Shown in pieces: positions 18,544 to 27,376 of a stretch of DNA of 35,043 bases (its first letter is position 1; the number at the start of each line of letters is the position of its first letter). Location: contig JAISKN010000157.1 of NCBI GenBank assembly GCA_031260925.1, positions 1 through 35,043 of the forward strand. Direction: 5' to 3'. A model generated the notes under the pieces. That model was not told where the DNA came from. It did no database searches and saw only the letters and a program-made list of their open reading frames with translations. The translations under genes and the position numbers were made by a program. This DNA is from Prevotellaceae bacterium. GTDB lineage: Bacteria; Bacteroidota; Bacteroidia; Bacteroidales; Paludibacteraceae.

Positions 18544-18599
18544 AAGTCAGAATTTTTTTAGTTGAAATATAAATAATATGGTATAAAAATGAAATAACC

Positions 18600-18672
18600 T
18601 GTCATTCCCGCGTAGGCGGGAATCCCATTAGTAGAATTAAGTAAGGAGATTCCCGCCTGCACGGGAATGACA
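18600..18672. repeat. dRS3-like double hairpin, inverted copy of 16246-16318
   Basis: Similarity includes the spacer and flanks (about 18586-18684 vs 16234-16332). Confidence 0.9.
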
Positions 18673-18764
18673 CCTGTTTTTTTAAATTTTTTAGTACATT
18701 TAAACAATATATTATATTTATTGCATTAATCATTAAAAAATAATAATTAATCATTCAAAAAATT

Positions 18765-18977
18765 ATGGAAAACATTAAACATTACACTAATGGCGAGGTT
18801 ACAATCGTTTGGAAACCTGACTTGTGCCAGCACGCTGCATTTTGTGGAAAGGAACTGCCAGCGGTTTTTAAGCCGAAAGAACGCCCTTGGATAGATGCAA
18901 ACGGCGCGCCGACTGAAAAAATTATCGAACAGGTAAAACGCTGTCCGTCAGGTGCATTAAGTTATTTTTTAAATTGA
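18765..18977 (+). CDS. YjdI-like divergent 4Fe-4S-binding protein
   Basis: VWKPDLCQHAAFC, PAVF.P..RPWI, CPSGALSY. Confidence 0.85.
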   Translation: MENIKHYTNGEVTIVWKPDLCQHAAFCGKELPAVFKPKERPWIDANGAPTEKIIEQVKRCPSGALSYFLN

Positions 18978-19240
18978 TTTGTTGATAGAAAGGTTATTTG
19001 ATTATTTGGTGATTTGGTTATTTGCTTATGAAAGGTTATTTGATGATTTGGTTATTTGCTTATGAAAAGTCATCAATAAACACCAAATTAACAAATCAAC
19101 ACATAACCAAATCAACAAATAACCAAATAATCACATCACCAAATCACCAAATCAACAAATAACCAAATCAACAAATCAACAAATAACCAAATCATCAAAT
19201 AATCACATCAACAAATAACCAAATCAACAAACAAATAAAC
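18977..19240. repeat. Fold-back 8-mer array (third copy of the family)
   Basis: GGTTATTT/GGTGATTT block, then AAATCAAC/AAATAACC/ACATCACC block. Confidence 0.9.
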
Positions 19241-19241
19241 T

Positions 19242-19532
19242 ATGAATTTACTACACAAAGACAATGCCGAAAAAGGCTCTTTCAAATTGAAAGACGGCGA
19301 TTATTTGGCGGGAGAAATTACCTACGTCTGGTCGAATGATGAATTGATTATCATTGACCATACGGGCGTAAATTCAATTTACGAGGGTAAGGGCATCGGC
19401 AAGCAACTTGTGCAAGCCGTTGTAGATTATGCGCGGGAAAGACAAATAAAAATTTTGCCGTTGTGTCCCTTTGCAAAAAGAATTTTCGACAGAACCGAAA
19501 ATTACAGCGATGTAAGGGCGGTCAGAAGTTAG
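19242..19532 (+). CDS. YjdJ-like small GNAT acetyltransferase
   Basis: IIDHTGV...EGKGIGKQLV; KILPLCPFAK. Confidence 0.88.
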   Translation: MNLLHKDNAEKGSFKLKDGDYLAGEITYVWSNDELIIIDHTGVNSIYEGKGIGKQLVQAVVDYARERQIKILPLCPFAKRIFDRTENYSDVRAVRS

Positions 19533-19683
19533 AAAATAGAAGTAAGAAGATAAGAAGTAAGAAGATAAGAAGTTAAGTAGATAAGAAGTTAAGAAGATAA
19601 GAAGTAAGAAGATAAGAAGTTAAGAAGATAAGAAGTTAAGAAGATAAGAAGTTAGAAAATAGAAGATAAGAAGTTAAGAAGAT
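19524..19683. repeat. Purine-rich AGAAGTA/AGAAGATA/AGAAGTTA 7/8-mer array
   Basis: C-free tract that begins inside the last codons of the GNAT gene. Confidence 0.9.
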
Positions 19684-19901
19684 TTAATGTGCATTAAGGG
19701 TTGAAATTCTATATTTTGTAAAAATCAGGTTTAAGGAATAACAAATAAATAACTTATAATGGTTTATTACTATTGGTGTCCTTTGTGAAATCTTTTTGTG
19801 TTCTTGTGGTAAATGAATTTAAAACACAAAGAACACAAAAAAAGATACACAAAGTTCACAAGTTAAAAATTTTGTATTACTTAGCCCGTTATTCGCATTA
19901 A
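19684..19901. repeat. Nested palindrome: degenerate outer IR around a CTTTGTG/CACAAAG inner IR
   Basis: Outer arms TTAATGTGCATTAAGGGTTGA and TTAGCCCGTTATTCGCATTAA; inner arms 19773-19810 and 19823-19861. Confidence 0.7.
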
Positions 19902-19950
19902 TCATTAATCATTAAAAATTAATCATTATAAAAAATAATCATTAAATAAC

Positions 19951-21282
19951 GTGAAAATAATAATTGTCGGTGCGGGCGAAGTTGGGCGGTATGCTGCAAA
20001 ATTGCTTGCAAATGAGCGCAAAGATGTTGTTTTGATGGACGAAGACCCTGAAAAACTCACCGAATTGGACAACAACTACGATTTGATGACGCGCACAGGG
20101 TTTCCGACTTCGATACGCGACTTGAAGGCGTGCGGAATAAAAAACAACATTTTTATTGCCGTTACGCCAGACGAAAGCACAAATATAACCGCTTGTATGA
20201 TTGCTAATTCGCTCGGTGCAGCCAAAACTATTGCGCGAATTAACAATTACGAGTATATTTTGCCCGAAAATAAAGAATTTTTTAAAAAAATGGGTATCGG
20301 TACGCTGATTTACCCCGAAGCATTGGCTGCGCTGGAAATTGTTGATGCGCTAAAAGGCGGCTGGATGCGCGAATTTCGCAATTTTGGCAATGGCGAACTT
20401 TCGCTTATCGGGCTGAAAATCAGAGAAAATTCCGCAATAATTGACAAAAAATTTCTTACAGGCTTTTTCAACCACAATTTTTATAGAATTGTGGCAATTC
20501 AGCGAGCCAACAAAACCGTTATCCCAAAAGGCACTGACGAAATCAGGGCAAACGACCTTGTTTATTTTATCTGCCCAAAAGGCAACGAAGAAAAAATCCG
20601 CCTTGATACCAACAAACCGAAAATCAATATTAAGAAAATTATCATTATGGGCGGAGGAAAAATCACTTACAAAGCCGTTCAAAATCTGTCCGATAATTAT
20701 TCAATAAAAATCATTGAAAAAGATAAAAACCGCTGTTATTTCTTGGCTGAAAAACTGTCTAATGCGTTGATAATCAACGGAGACGGGCGCGACATCGAAC
20801 TTCTGAAACAGGAGGGAATAGCCGATGCAGACGCTTTTATGGCTTTCACCGAAAACTCCGAAACGAATGTATTTGCCTGCATTGCTGCAAAGCGTTTCGG
20901 CGTGCAGAAAACCATTGCCGAAGTGGAAAATATTGATTACATTGATTTGGCGGAAAGCCTTGACATCGGCACAATTATCAACAAAAAACTGATTGCCGCG
21001 AGCAATATTTATAAATCTATGCTTGACGAAGACGCGCTGAACGTGAATTGCCTTACCTACTCCGATGCTTTGGTTGTGGAATATGCGGTAAAAAAGGGCG
21101 ACAAAATCACCAAAGGCTGCGTGCGCGAACTGATTTTGCCCGCAGATGTGAATATCGGCGGCATTATCAGAGACGGCGAAGGCTACGTTGTTGATGGCGA
21201 CACAATCGCGCAGGCAGGCGACCACGTTGTGCTTTTCTGCACATCAATGAGTATGCCGAAAGTGGCGGATTTTTTTCAGTAA
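19951..21282 (+). CDS. trkA: Trk system K+ uptake protein TrkA
   Basis: Two RCK N/C pairs: MKIIIVGAGEVG and IIIMGGGKI; GDGRD..LL.QEGI; GTG start. Confidence 0.93.
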   Translation: MKIIIVGAGEVGRYAAKLLANERKDVVLMDEDPEKLTELDNNYDLMTRTGFPTSIRDLKACGIKNNIFIAVTPDESTNITACMIANSLGAAKTIARINNYEYILPENKEFFKKMGIGTLIYPEALAALEIVDALKGGWMREFRNFGNGELSLIGLKIRENSAIIDKKFLTGFFNHNFYRIVAIQRANKTVIPKGTDEIRANDLVYFICPKGNEEKIRLDTNKPKINIKKIIIMGGGKITYKAVQNLSDNYSIKIIEKDKNRCYFLAEKLSNALIINGDGRDIELLKQEGIADADAFMAFTENSETNVFACIAAKRFGVQKTIAEVENIDYIDLAESLDIGTIINKKLIAASNIYKSMLDEDALNVNCLTYSDALVVEYAVKKGDKITKGCVRELILPADVNIGGIIRDGEGYVVDGDTIAQAGDHVVLFCTSMSMPKVADFFQ

Positions 21283-21316
21283 AATATTTTTCTCTTTTTT
21301 TCGTTTAATAAATGAA

Positions 21317-21673
21317 GTCTGAATCAAGATTTACAGAATTAAATAATACAAAATAACCTATAATATTTTAACCACAGAGGCACAGAGTAACACAGAGTTT
21401 AATAATTTTTATTTATAAAAATTGCTCTGTGTTCTTATGACAATTAAAAAATAATTTGTAATGTTAAACATCTATCTGACAAATAATTAATCAAGAACAC
21501 AGAGAAAAAAATTAAAATTTTTCTTTGTCTTTTCTCTGTGTTACTCTGTGCCTCTGTGGTTAAAATATAAATCAAAAAACTGTTATAAGTTGTTTATTTC
21601 GCGTTACTAAAAGATTTTCTTGATTGTGTTTTAATCCTGTTAATTCAAAAATCTTGAAAATCCTGATTTAGAC
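21317..21673. repeat. Three-level nested palindrome
   Basis: Outer IR 14/16 (21317-21332 / 21658-21673); perfect 35-bp IR (21363-21397 / 21534-21568); perfect 12-bp IR (21425-21436 / 21493-21504). Confidence 0.92.
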
Positions 21674-21723
21674 AGGCAAAAAAATAATTCATCATTTATA
21701 ATTCATAATTCATAATTTTTTTA

Positions 21724-21731
21724 TACCTTTG
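21724..21731 (+). promoter_or_regulatory. -7 box (TACCTTTG) for bamD
   Basis: TAnnTTTG 13 nt before the ATG. Confidence 0.65.
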
Positions 21732-21744
21732 CATTTTTAAAAAT

Positions 21745-22542
21745 ATGAGAAAAATAATTTTATATATCGCTGGCATTCTGATATTTACCTCTTGCGGCAG
21801 TTATCAAAAATTGCTGAAAAGTACAGACGCTGAGGAAAAACTCGCTGCTGCCAAAAACTTTTTCCTTGAAAAAAAGTATGTAAAGAGTGCAACTTTGTTT
21901 CTTGATGTGGCACAAACATACAAAAATACAAAACAGGGAGAAGAAGTGTTTTATCTTTTGTCAGAATCGTATATGGGGCAAAAAGATTACTATTCGGCAA
22001 GCGAATATTACAAGCAATATCTAAAAGCCTATCCGCGCGGCGAATATGCCAAAGAAAGCCGTTATATGATTGGCTATTGTTATTATTTGGACTCGCCTGA
22101 TGCGCGGCTTGACCAATCAACAACTCACCAAGCCATTGACGCGCTCACGGAATATGTGCAGATTTACCCCGAAAGCGAAAAAACGGCGGAGGCATACAGT
22201 TTGATTGCAGAATTGCAGGACAAACTCGCATACAAAGGCTATTTGAATGCAAAATTATACTTAAATCTCGGTACATATTTAGGAAATAATCTTCGTGCTG
22301 CCGTGATTGAGGCGGACAATATTTTAAAGGAATTTCCAGAAACAAAGCACCGCGAAATACTCTCGTTTTTGATTTTGCAGGCTAAATATCACGAGGCGGC
22401 TCTTTCGGCTGCGGAAAAGCGAAAAGAGCGTTTTTCGGAAGTTATTGACGAATATTACAAATATGCAACCGAATTTCCAAACACAAAACATAGCAGCGAG
22501 GCTGCACGAATGTTAAAAGAGGCAAAAAGATACACTAAATAA
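21745..22542 (+). CDS. bamD: Outer membrane protein assembly factor BamD
   Basis: Lipobox TSC, YQKLLKS, TPR pattern, YLDSPDARLDQ..T; adjacent to rpoZ. Confidence 0.9.
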   Translation: MRKIILYIAGILIFTSCGSYQKLLKSTDAEEKLAAAKNFFLEKKYVKSATLFLDVAQTYKNTKQGEEVFYLLSESYMGQKDYYSASEYYKQYLKAYPRGEYAKESRYMIGYCYYLDSPDARLDQSTTHQAIDALTEYVQIYPESEKTAEAYSLIAELQDKLAYKGYLNAKLYLNLGTYLGNNLRAAVIEADNILKEFPETKHREILSFLILQAKYHEAALSAAEKRKERFSEVIDEYYKYATEFPNTKHSSEAARMLKEAKRYTK

Positions 22543-22646
22543 TGGTTAATGATTAATTATTAATTATTAATGATTAATAAAACTACAAACTATTTGAAAT
22601 CTGAAATTTGAATTTTTTTTATTTGAAATTCTAAAATTATAATTAT

Positions 22647-22982
22647 ATGGCAAAAAAGAAAACATCAACACCACTCTCAACTATAACAAGAGATGTTACC
22701 GCGCTTTCTGCGCCTGTTGGCAATATTTATGAAACGGTTGTGATTATCTCTAAAAGAGCAAATCAAATCAGCAGTGAAATGAAACACGATTTAGACAAAA
22801 AACTCCAAGATTTTTCGGCGGTAACCGATAATCTCGAAGAAATTCACGAAAACCGCGAACAAATTGAGGTTTCACGCTATTACGAAAAACTTCCGAAGGC
22901 AACACTCAGGGCAATCAAAGAGTTTGAAGACGGCAAAGTTTATTACCGAAACCCGCTGCAAAGCAAAATCGCAGCCGAATAA
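22647..22982 (+). CDS. rpoZ: RNA polymerase omega subunit (Bacteroidota type)
   Basis: GNIYETVVIISKRANQI; LEEIHENREQIEVSRYYEKLPK. Confidence 0.88.
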   Translation: MAKKKTSTPLSTITRDVTALSAPVGNIYETVVIISKRANQISSEMKHDLDKKLQDFSAVTDNLEEIHENREQIEVSRYYEKLPKATLRAIKEFEDGKVYYRNPLQSKIAAE

Positions 22983-22993
22983 AATAATGTGTT

Positions 22994-23304
22994 AGCACGC
23001 AAATAACGCTGATTTAACAGATAAACGCAGATAATTAAAATATTGATTATCTGTGTTTTATTTAGTTTATTGTTAGGAAACTTCTAATTATTGACAAAAA
23101 AACAAAAGTGTTGTCATTGCGGGCTTGACCCGCAATCGATTGAAAAAACATTTGCGAGCGATTGCGGGTTGTCATTCTGAACTTGATTCAGAACCGCAAT
23201 GACACGGTATGATATTTTTATGTCATATATTGAAAAGTTTATTTTGAGAAGTCCTCTTAATAAAAATCTGCGAAAATCTATCTAATCTGTGTTATCTGCG
23301 TGCT
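22994..23304. repeat. Multi-level nested palindrome (9-mer arms > GTCATTGCGGG double hairpin > GTCATTCTGAA hairpin)
   Basis: Outer AGCACGCAAATAAC / GTTATCTGCGTGCT; inner 23112-23204; innermost 23170-23193. Confidence 0.88.
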
Positions 23305-23363
23305 TTTGTGCTTTTATTCAAAAATAATTCATAATTCATAATCTATAAGTCATATTTTTTTCT

Positions 23364-23371
23364 TATCTTTG
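23364..23371 (+). promoter_or_regulatory. -7 box (TATCTTTG) for the MBL/MTase operon
   Basis: TAnnTTTG upstream of the ATG at 23435. Confidence 0.6.
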
Positions 23372-23434
23372 CCGTCTGTTTTTTTAACTTCTTCCGAAAT
23401 CATAAATCATTAAATACAAGTCAATTAAATAAAA

Positions 23435-24232
23435 ATGGCGCAATTCAAGTTTTACAGTATTGGCAGCAGCAGCAACGGAAATTGTTATTTTGTCGGCACA
23501 GACGACTACGGTTTTCTTGTTGATGCAGGAATTAATGTCCGTACTTTAAAGCGCGCACTCAAAGAGTACAATATTTCGTTAGACAAAATTTTTGGTGTTT
23601 TCCTCACGCACGACCACACCGACCACGTTCAGTTTGTAGAAGCATTGGGCGAAGGACAAAATATTCCGATTTACTCCACAAAGGAAGTTTTTGAGGGCAT
23701 TCACCGCAATTTTCGCGTTAAGGCAGACCTTACGAATTGCCGAAAATTTTTCAAAAAAGGCGAAGTTGTAAATATACGCGATTTTGCGTTTCAGTCGTTT
23801 CCTGTGAGCCACGATGCCAGCGATGCAATGGGTTATTCTATCACTTTTGATAATCGTACTTTGGTGATTGCCACAGATTTGGGTTTTATCGGAAAAGAGG
23901 TTGCCGACCATATTTCAAAAGCGAATTACCTTGTCATTGAGGCAAATTATGACGAAGAGATGCTCAAAAACGGACCTTATACTTATCACTTAAAGCAGCG
24001 TGTCAGCAGCCACACAGGGCATTTGAGCAATACGCACACGGCAAAATTTTTGGCAGATAACTGGCACGAAAACCTCTCGCACATTTTTCTCTGCCATATC
24101 AGCGGCGACAACAACACGCCCGAAATCGCCTACCAAACCGTTTTTAATGCGCTTTCCGCAAAAAATATCACGCCAAAAATGCTTATCCCGCTAAACAGAA
24201 CAGAGCCGACAGAAATGGTTATTTGGGAATAA
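23435..24232 (+). CDS. MBL-fold metallo-hydrolase (YycJ/WalJ-like)
   Basis: SSSNGNC, LVDAG, THDHTDH, SHDA, TDLG, IEANYD, GHLSN, HIS..NN. Confidence 0.9.
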   Translation: MAQFKFYSIGSSSNGNCYFVGTDDYGFLVDAGINVRTLKRALKEYNISLDKIFGVFLTHDHTDHVQFVEALGEGQNIPIYSTKEVFEGIHRNFRVKADLTNCRKFFKKGEVVNIRDFAFQSFPVSHDASDAMGYSITFDNRTLVIATDLGFIGKEVADHISKANYLVIEANYDEEMLKNGPYTYHLKQRVSSHTGHLSNTHTAKFLADNWHENLSHIFLCHISGDNNTPEIAYQTVFNALSAKNITPKMLIPLNRTEPTEMVIWE

Positions 24233-24254
24233 TTTTTTTTTAATTGTTAAAAAA

Positions 24255-25844
24255 ATGCAAACAACATCAGCCGCATATTTTACGCTGAAACAGGCAGCAG
24301 ATTGGGCTACGTCTTACACAAAAAAAGACGTAACACCCTCTAATATTGCCTATTTGGTGCAATATGGGCGAGTGCAGAAAATCGGTGAAAACGGCTCTAC
24401 ACAAGTTGCTTTGCCCGAATTGAAGAATTATTATGATAATTTTTTGTCTTCGCGCGAAGTTAATTTTAAGGAAAAATTGGGCGAAGATTTGAATTGGGCT
24501 TTGTCATTTGACCAATATAAAGAGGCGGAAACTACAAAACACGTTCATCGTTTGCACCCTTACAAAGGCAAATTTATTCCGCAGTTGGTTGAATATTTTT
24601 TAGATAATCACACAGATAAATTTAAAACTGAAACCTATTTTGAAAAAGGCGATATTGTTCTCGACCCATTTTCCGGCAGCGGCACAACAATGGTGCAGGC
24701 GTGTGAATTGGGAATGCACGCCGTTGGAATTGACGTTTCGGCTTTTAATTCGCTCATCGGAAATTGCAAAGTTACAAAATATGATATTGCTGATATTCAG
24801 AATGCAATAACGCTGATAACCAACGCATTAGAAAGTTTTATTAAAAATTCAAATGCAGTTGAGTTTGAAGAGAAATTGTTGCAGGAATTGAATATTTTTA
24901 ATAATCAATATTTTCCTGTGCCTGATTATAAATATCGTTTGTACAATAATCAAATCAACGAAACCGAGTACGGCAAAGAAAAAGAGGCACTTTTTCTGCC
25001 AATTTTTGAACGCTTGGTAAAAGAATACAACATTAAACTGAAACAGGAAAAAAACGAAACTTTTTTAGATAAATGGTATTCGGCGCATATTAGAAATGAG
25101 ATAGATTTTGTTTTTGAGGAGATAAAAAAGATAAAAAACACCAACACAAAAAAAATTGTGAGCGTGATTTTGAGCCGCACAATTCGCAGTTGCCGAGCGA
25201 CAACACACGCCGATTTGGCAACGCTTTTAGAGCCGCAAACTACAACCTATTATTGCAGCAAACACGGCAAAATGTGCAAACCGCTTTTCTCAATTCTGAA
25301 ATGGTGGAAAACATACTCAAAAGACACAGTCGCGCGTTTGCACCAATTTGACAGATTAAGAACAGACACGTTTCAACTCTGTTTAACAGGCGACAGCAGA
25401 ACGATTGATATTTTTGAGCAGATAAAAAAACGCAATGCTGAATTTGGAAATTTGGTTGAAAAGCAAAAAATAAACGGCATTTTTTCGTCGCCGCCTTATG
25501 TTGGCTTGATTGATTACCACGAGCAGCACGCCTACGCCTACGATTTGTTTGGTTTTGAGCGCAAAGACGAATTAGAAATCGGCTCACTTTTCAAAGGACA
25601 AACCAAAGACGCAAAAGAGAGTTATGTGCAGGGAATTTCTGACGTTTTGAATAACTGCAAAAAATATTTGGCAGACGATTACAACGTTTTTCTTGTGGCA
25701 AACGACAAATATAATATGTACCCAACCATTGCCGAAAATGCAGGAATGAAGATTGTTAATCAATTCAAACGCCCTGTATTAAACAGAACGGAGAAAGATA
25801 AAACGGCTTATTCGGAGAGTATATTTCATTTAAAAAATAAATAA
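24255..25844 (+). CDS. Type II DNA methyltransferase, N4-cytosine, alpha-class motif order (M.MjaII-like), with an N-terminal HTH-like segment
   Basis: HRLHPYKGKFIPQLV, VLDPFSGSGTT (motif I) before FSSPPY (motif IV); adjacent to an REase gene. Confidence 0.88.
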   Translation: MQTTSAAYFTLKQAADWATSYTKKDVTPSNIAYLVQYGRVQKIGENGSTQVALPELKNYYDNFLSSREVNFKEKLGEDLNWALSFDQYKEAETTKHVHRLHPYKGKFIPQLVEYFLDNHTDKFKTETYFEKGDIVLDPFSGSGTTMVQACELGMHAVGIDVSAFNSLIGNCKVTKYDIADIQNAITLITNALESFIKNSNAVEFEEKLLQELNIFNNQYFPVPDYKYRLYNNQINETEYGKEKEALFLPIFERLVKEYNIKLKQEKNETFLDKWYSAHIRNEIDFVFEEIKKIKNTNTKKIVSVILSRTIRSCRATTHADLATLLEPQTTTYYCSKHGKMCKPLFSILKWWKTYSKDTVARLHQFDRLRTDTFQLCLTGDSRTIDIFEQIKKRNAEFGNLVEKQKINGIFSSPPYVGLIDYHEQHAYAYDLFGFERKDELEIGSLFKGQTKDAKESYVQGISDVLNNCKKYLADDYNVFLVANDKYNMYPTIAENAGMKIVNQFKRPVLNRTEKDKTAYSESIFHLKNK

Positions 25845-25848
25845 AATT

Positions 25849-26145
25849 ATGTCAAGAAGATTAAATTTTGCAAAAAAATATCAAATAGAGTGGGAATTGC
25901 CTGAAACAGAAATTTCGGAAGAAGAATGGGAAAAAATAATCGAACTTTCGGAAGACGAAGAAGACGAATTAGACGATGAAATTTGGCAGTCAGAATATGA
26001 AAATTATTATGATGTTCCAAAATTTTTGCTTGAAAAGAGAATGAATGAATTAGAACTTTCAAATAAACGATTATCGGATTTTTGTAAAGAATTATTAGAA
26101 AAGTCTGAACCAACAATAGATTATGTACGAGTAGAAATTTTTTAA
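25849..26145 (+). CDS. Small, highly acidic hypothetical protein
   Basis: 98 aa with 30 D/E vs 13 K/R; starts 4 nt after the MTase stop. Confidence 0.65.
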   Translation: MSRRLNFAKKYQIEWELPETEISEEEWEKIIELSEDEEDELDDEIWQSEYENYYDVPKFLLEKRMNELELSNKRLSDFCKELLEKSEPTIDYVRVEIF

Positions 26146-26150
26146 AAAAG

Positions 26151-26338
26151 AACGAAAATAAAACCTAATTTATACCTAATTCAAAAAACAAAACAACCTC
26201 AGTAGCAAAAAGCAACACACGCCACAACCTAATTACCACATTAACAGGGTTTTAAAATTAGGTAATGAGGTAATTAAAGAGGGAAATTTATAATCTACTG
26301 AGGTAGTTTAGTAAAAAAAATTAGGTAAAAATGAGGTT
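26151..26338. repeat. Long imperfect palindrome (ACCTAATT/AATTAGGT family) whose left arm is directly repeated at 27295-27354
   Basis: AACCTCAGTAG (26195-26205) / CTACTGAGGT (26295-26304); ACCTAATT / AATTAGGT units. Confidence 0.8.
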
Positions 26339-26359
26339 AAAGAAAATAAAATTAATAAT

Positions 26360-26414
26360 ATGGCATTAACTAACGAACAAAAAAACACATATTAAGCAAG
26401 TTATTGCAACCTAA
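26360..26414 (+). pseudogene. Possible N-terminal relic of a displaced restriction endonuclease gene
   Basis: ATG in A-rich context; reads MALTNEQKNTY*, or MALTNEQKTHIKQVIAT* if one A is removed from the A-run. Confidence 0.3.
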
Positions 26415-26425
26415 AACATAAAAAT

Positions 26426-27247
26426 ATGACAACTTCGGAAAAAATAAAAGATGCTATTAAAAATATCATTACTTCAATGATGGACAGAGTAATGGATAAT
26501 GTGCTTGTAAAAGACCCGTTTATCCCCGAAAAACACCATTCATTGAAACCTTTGTACGCTGCGCTTGTGCCTGACGAAATTTTTAAAGGGTCGCATTTTG
26601 AACGTAGATTTGTTACGCCTTTTGGCAGTGTTTGGGAAAAATTGGCAGTTGTGGCGGGGCTGGTGGCTTTTGACAAGTCAATTCAGGGCTACGAAATACA
26701 CGGACAAATTCCCGAAAAAAGATTTAACCGTATTCGCGAAGTGTTGGAAAAACTGGAACACCCAGAAAAAGGTGCAAAACGCATAAAACCAGATTGGAAT
26801 GAAGAATTGAAATATATTCTCGAAGGTAAAGGCGAACTTTTGCCTGCAACGGTGGTTTGTGATTTGTATTTGGAAAAAGACGACAAGAAATATGCTTTTG
26901 AATTAAAGTCGCCGCTGCCAAACAGCGATATAACCAAAGTGAGCAAGGAAAAAATGTTCAAACTGTACAGTATGGTTGGTAACCCTGTAACAGATGCTTT
27001 TTATGCTTTGCCGTATAATCCGTATGGCAAACGCGAAGATTATGCGTGGAGTTTTCCTGCCCGCTGGTTTGATATGAAAACTGACAAATCTGTTATGATT
27101 GGCAATGATTTTTGGGATTTTATCGGTGGTGCAGGTACATATCAACTGTTTATTGACGAGATAAATAAACTCGGTGTTGAATACCGAGAAAGAATTTATA
27201 AAGAATATTTAGGAATTGAAACTCTTGAAAATGGGTTTAAGTTATAA
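26426..27247 (+). CDS. Type II restriction endonuclease, TdeIII/MjaII family
   Basis: FERRFVTPFG.VWE, CDLYL...AFELKSPLPN (PD-(D/E)XK core), ALPYNPYG, FWDFIGG.GTY. Confidence 0.85.
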   Translation: MTTSEKIKDAIKNIITSMMDRVMDNVLVKDPFIPEKHHSLKPLYAALVPDEIFKGSHFERRFVTPFGSVWEKLAVVAGLVAFDKSIQGYEIHGQIPEKRFNRIREVLEKLEHPEKGAKRIKPDWNEELKYILEGKGELLPATVVCDLYLEKDDKKYAFELKSPLPNSDITKVSKEKMFKLYSMVGNPVTDAFYALPYNPYGKREDYAWSFPARWFDMKTDKSVMIGNDFWDFIGGAGTYQLFIDEINKLGVEYRERIYKEYLGIETLENGFKL

Positions 27248-27294
27248 ATTCTATCTCGAAATTGATACATATTTTGCACGATTTAATAAATAAT

Positions 27295-27354
27295 AACGAA
27301 AAAATAAAAACCTAATTTTTACCTGATTTAAAAAACAAAACAACCTCAGTAACA
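27295..27354. repeat. Direct repeat of 26151-26207
   Basis: About 57-60 bp, with 4 substitutions plus A-run length differences. Confidence 0.85.
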
Positions 27355-27376
27355 TAATACCAAAAATTCTATACAA

